Shown: piece after piece, positions 58,889 through 64,000 of the stretch
Layout of the letters: each line of letters opens with the position of its first letter
Position numbering within the stretch: the first letter of the stretch is position 1
NCBI GenBank assembly: GCA_036172245.1
Contig: JAYWIR010000002.1
Location: 124,001-188,000, forward strand
Direction: 5' to 3'
Source of the DNA: Raillietiella orientalis
Lineage: Eukaryota
DNA: 64,000 nt
Notes under the pieces: model-generated
The model's database searches: none
What the model saw: the letters and a program-made list of their open reading frames with translations, nothing else
What the model was told of the DNA's origin: nothing
Position numbers and translations under genes: made by a program

Positions 58889-61154
58889 TTATTCTGAGCA
58901 ACAATTATCAATTCCGTTAACGGATTTTCCTGGGATCACTTCTTCTTCTGTGATAATAAGCAAAGTATTCGTCTTCTTATCATTCAATTCGTGAATGCTA
59001 TTTGAATAAGAAAGTATGAAAAAATCCCATGCTTACTTGTCGTAAATAAGGGCATCAACTCCCCAACGCTTAAATTTTTCCCTTGTTATGCAATCATTCA
59101 GTTCAATTCCCCAGCAGAAAACCACTAATTCATCCTGTTTGCACAATGATATCAGCTCGGGATGGTCAATCAAAATTTCAGAGTTTATGCTCAACCCCTA
59201 TGATCAAAAGTGCAATGACCTCATTCAACAATGAGATAAAAACTCACCAAAAGATTTGTACTCAAAGCATGACAAATACCCATTTCAACTGTCTGGCAGC
59301 GAGGATCCATGTATGTTGGATAGTGCTTGCTCACTCCCTGTGTTAAAAAAAGAACAGGAAAGCGGTTTTGTTTCAGATGAAGGCTGGAAAAAGAGTATAG
59401 TTTGGAAAGGCTTGCTCATTCCCTTACAGAGTGCAAATATCTGGATGGAAGCATGAGAGAATGATGAACCTCCTGCCAGAATGCTGCAGAAGTACCTCCA
59501 AAATACGATCAACATACACATTTGCATCCAATATGCAGTCTATCAATTCATGAGAACCATCCTGAATTCATTGAAGCCATACAAATGTAACAGCCAATCT
59601 TACCTCCAATTGCATGGGCCATTTAACTTCAACATTGAAACCCACATGGGCATCAATAGAATGGCACACAAGCTCTAGAGATGGAAAGGGCAAATGCTCT
59701 GCTATCTGATTTGGATACTTCTCCAAAAGGTTTTGAGATTCTTCAGCATGAAAAATCTTGAAAGAATTGAACAAAATGACATAAATTTGTGTGCTGAAAA
59801 TACTTTGAGCATGTGCATCTGATGGAGAGTCAGGTTTTGGACAGAGACTTCAAACCCATCATGAAGCTTGCCAGCTCTCACACCAGCAGCAATAAAGCAT
59901 TTGAAATCATGATAAATTACAGGCACCATATCCTGGGATAATTGGACATCAAATTCAACCATATCAGCTCCCTTGAGGACAGCTTCCTTCAGGGATGCCA
60001 CAGTGTTTTCTCGCAAATTGGAGCAACTACACACTTTCTTTTACTACACTGTAGAACTCACTTTTTACAATTAAAAGAACTGCCAGTTCCTCGATGGCCC
60101 ACACTCAGACCCTTCCATTCTGGATACCACACATTCTTCCCATTGAGCAGTGGATTGCATATGGCAGCTTTCAAGGGCCAACATGTGACAAAGTAAACTG
60201 GAATCAAGGAATGCACACTGACATGTGGAGATGCCACTAATTACGACAAATCTGGCCAATCAACTGGTGCTGTCCATTAGTCAGTGGCAAAGTAACATGC
60301 CCTAAAGAGTTTTTAAGATGAACAGGTAACACAAACGTGCATCCCAGAGGTCTAAATTTAGAGGGCTGCTGAGAATACTTGAAAATCTCCACAAGAAAGG
60401 CCTGAAATTGTAAATTAAACAATTTGTGAATTAAAGTTGACTCTAGATAATTTCTTTCTCACCAATGGATTGAGGTCTGTAATTAGGGTCTCAAACATCA
60501 GTACATCTCCATCGTTGTAAACTAGTCCTGTTTCAGGTTGGACTTCAAACCTGCATTTCCCATCTTCTAAGATGGCAACTTTTACTTCAGGTGAACAAGC
60601 TAAATCTGACACTGCTTTCTTATTATTATAACAAGGCACTGCTTGGGAGGAATCAACAACACAACCAGAAGTTGGTGCAGGAGAAATCTTAATCGCTATC
60701 TAGCGATAAGCCCATAATTATTTGCTCACTGCATTTCCCCTTACCTTTTCTTCAAATAAGCATACATCTGACAGTTTTACTGGATTGCTGTGGCACAAAA
60801 ATTGCACAACGCAGCCAGAGGATAAAAAATTTTGTTTTTCTAAAATACCAAATAGGGATACATTTTAGAATTCTACCAAAAAAGCTACATTAAACATAAT
60901 TTCGTATTTGCGAGTTAATCCATAAATTCAAAGTTGGTTAAAGCTGCCATAATCAAATTACATATCTAAACTCTAACGTGGTTTGGACAATGTATCGTGG
61001 TACATTAAACACAAGTATGATTACATATTTTCATGTGTAAACCTTAATTTTGGCTATTTATTCAATTCATTTCGAGGTTTAAATGTTTAATTCAAGGAAG
61101 GTCTCTTGAGGTCATAAAGATCTTACCATTTTGATTTGGAGATTCCTGAATCAT
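58889..61154 (-). CDS. GPCPD1: glycerophosphocholine phosphodiesterase GPCPD1/GDE5-like, ~522 aa
   Basis: Exons (minus) 61154-61127, 60839-60745, 60699-60463, 60401-60245, 60197-60062, 60026-59804, 59756-59604, 59561-59428, 59383-59248, 59197-59037 and 58997-58889 join in frame (1569 nt). Motifs: VGHRG, RENTVASL, GADMVEFDVQLSQDMVPVIYHD, VGFNVEVKWP, LVVFCWG, GVDALIYD. The first exon is less certain. Confidence 0.92.
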
Positions 61155-61899
61155 AATAATACTGATTCGTCCTACAAAACTGACCTGAATTTTTACAAAA
61201 ATTAATAAAAGACTTGGTTTGTTGGTTTTATGTCATCTTTAAAGCCAGAAAATGTGGAAGGCCACGCACGTAAAAAGGTGCGTATTGTTTACGAACATGC
61301 ATGCAACGTGCTCGGAAGGTAACCTTTGACATTTGAAGGAACTTTCCATGCTACAACTGTTCCCCGTACCCATTCACGAATTAGTGGGGGGCAAATTAGT
61401 GTACGCGTACTCGACTGCATCTACATAATACAAAACGACAATAATTTCCCGTGATTGAATACCAAAGTAAACGTCGCGTAACGTCCGAGCGAGTAAACGT
61501 CGCCGTTCGCTTCCCACGGGACTCGGTTGCAATGGAACTTCGATTTTTGCAAATTGCTGGAAAAAAAGAAAAAAAAAAAAATCAGCAAATTCGTTTCACG
61601 TCCCCGAGAGGAGGCATGACGTTTTGCATCATTTCCAAACCAACTTCCATTCACACCATCTCGCACGTCCACGAGATGTGGCCTTACTGCTTGCAAAGGA
61701 ATCCGTATCAATCTCGACATGTACTTCTTGAAAACTAAATCCCCGTTAAACTTGTGGCAACGAAAATCGCTGGGTGTTCTTCTTCCTCATGAGTGGTAAC
61801 TCCTCTGTTATCGTTTAAATCGTCTTCCTCTCAAAGCGGTACCCATAAATAATCTCTCCAAACCTGAGCATGCCAGATTTTTGTAACGACCTACAATGG

Positions 61900-63900
61900 T
61901 CACTGAAACACTAAATTATAAGAGAAAAAATCTCGGTAGTACAACTGCACCACGGAGCGAATTCCGTGTCATAGGCTCTTTTAACTTTTCAAGTCGTCAC
62001 TTCTGGAAGAGTAACGTACAAATATACTTATATTCTTGGCCTTTTTGTGCACTTGATTCCCGAGAAACTCTTCACTGTTGAAAGCTTCCATCACACTTTC
62101 GATGAAAGTTCTACTTTCCTAGCTTATTCGTTTAATAAGTTTAAGATCTGACAACTCACTTCCCAGCAACCGTAAAACTACAATAAAAACAGTTGCCATA
62201 TTCCTCAGGTTTCTTACAAAACAGGAAAGAAATCACATTCATGATAAGCATACGACTTCATCACGTAAACTCAAGACCATGAACTTAAAAAAACATGCCC
62301 TTCTCTGGAAGCATTACGACTAAGGCAAAGAGAAAGGAACCTTTCATCGCTTAAAGTTACTGCAGGAAATCTGATCTCAACTGACAGAGTGAAAGCGACA
62401 ATTTTGCCTATTTACTGCTCAGTCCACATCACTTCGAAACCACTACTATGGATACTATGCAGCATGTTAAGCTGTTAGGAAAATTATTGAAGATGAAACC
62501 GAGGTTGACACTGCACAGTCCGCTAATCTTTTATCAAAGACTACCAACCTTTAAAGACCGAAAAACAGTAAGGACATAAAACTCTATACGTGGACATTTC
62601 GATTTGGTGCTCTTATTTATGTGTGCAGGACAAGACACAGTACAGCATTTGGTTCCAGGATCAAGTTCCACTGAAGAATTCACGAAGGCATTATTTTGCA
62701 CCAGCTCCTCCTTCGAAATTTTAAAAGCACTACATTCGAAGCCTCGGTATCTTTTGTTAGCTGATTTCAATTGTGCTTTTAGCATTCTTTTACGATTTAT
62801 GCAGCACGTTTTTGCATTCTCATCCATACTGTGATCTCACTACTAAGTTATGTTGCCCTATGTCGACCATAGCAAACAGAATCATGACTCCGAATATCAG
62901 GTGAATCCAGACTTTGGTCTGTGTTCAGAAAAATCCGCTCTTCGATGTGACGAATAGCAATCTAATTGTATGTCCAGTTGATGTCACAGTGTCACACATG
63001 GTGTAGACAGCGTCAAGTGAGTTATCGTACACATATTACCTCCAAGTTCGCATTCTACGGGCATTAAGTCTCAAGCTCAAAGGTTTAAAAAAGTCTTTGG
63101 ACCGAGGGCAGTTTTGATTACTTCTAACCTGCTTACTTGTGAACGCTGCTACCAACTAGGCATTGAATTTGGTCCACAGCTGAGAAAACTTTGTAACCTG
63201 AACGAATACTATTTACATCCGTATCGGACTTTCTGAAGCAGTAGTGTTATCGACTTCAAATAGGTGAAGTTTACATTTTTGCGTGCGTGCTTGCTAATCC
63301 AGGTAGGCAAGCCTGTCTAGCATCCTCTTCCCCTAAATGGCAAAGGCTTGCGTCGCTCCATGGGCATCGACACGGAATCTGCAAAGATAAGATTCATGCA
63401 GGCAGTTCGTGGATCCTGAGGCTGATATTATAGCAACACATGGTTATTAATTTATTAATAATATTTATTATTAATTTATTAATAACCATGTGTTGCTGGC
63501 AGTAATTTATTACTTTCGAAGGCATCAAGCAGAACAAAGTCATCACAAAGGAGAAACATAAACCTTTGTCTTATTCGTGGAACATTAATATCGAAAATAT
63601 CCAAAATGCACAAATACCTTGTGAGGGACAGTCTTGCTCCCCTCCAAAACATTGGAAAAGATGTTTCAACAAAAATCAGTGTCCGCCTGTGACACAAACT
63701 TGCGGTTCGGGAAATTTTGTCTATATTGAAAACGTTCGTAACTTCGACGTCCTACAGCATATCTTCCAGCTCTGTATCCGTATGCTCTTTATCTATTGTA
63801 TCTATCGTGCTCGGGCATGCTCCTGTTTAAACAGATCTGTAATGTTCATAGTGTTTAGCAAAAAAAGAAGCCAAATACCTCAACTTCGCAAAAAACAGTT
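61900..63900 (-). pseudogene. decayed multi-exon sequence (or long spliced 5' leader) upstream of GPCPD1
   Basis: Canonical-looking splice sites, e.g. ttgtAG|18 nt|GTgagt at 62177-62160. Protein-like stretches (62534..62827, 63479..63697) are interrupted by stops and frameshifts. Family not recognised. Confidence 0.3.
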
Positions 63901-64000
63901 GCAACGCTGCATTATCAGTCCCACAAACGGATGTCCTGCAAATTACACACGCCACGAGTATCTGCACTCGTGGCAAATGAAATATGCTTTAAACATAGCG

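Overview
Eukaryotic, very probably arthropod, genomic DNA; the inference rests on an insect/crustacean-type Gprk1 PH domain and a Dmrt11E-type gene. It is not a prokaryotic window. Five intact genes can be reconstructed by hand: GRK2/Gprk1 (+, 14 exons, 22407-33683, 682 aa), PRKRIP1 (+, 2 exons), Dmrt2/Dmrt11E (+, 3 coding exons), an intronless DRC3/LRRC48 (-) and GPCPD1/GDE5 (-, 11 coding exons, apparently without its CBM20 domain). Introns cluster at 42-50 nt, with 35- and 39-nt extremes and one GC-AG intron. The first ~20 kb has no intact gene I can support. It is a patchwork of decayed pieces: two inverted EXOSC4/Rrp41 fragments (one split by an intronless FLVCR fragment with a target-site-like duplication), a pogo/Tigger-type MITE, tRNA-derived SINE copies, a possible atp6 NUMT, a perfect double X-box palindrome and a 1.4-kb nested inverted repeat. 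A ~15-kb GC/CpG-rich block (41.5-57 kb) holding Dmrt and DRC3 contrasts sharply with the CpG-depleted housekeeping genes. Most long ORFs in that block are composition artefacts. No CRISPR array, rRNA or true tRNA gene was found. All homology calls come from recalled family motifs, not database searches.
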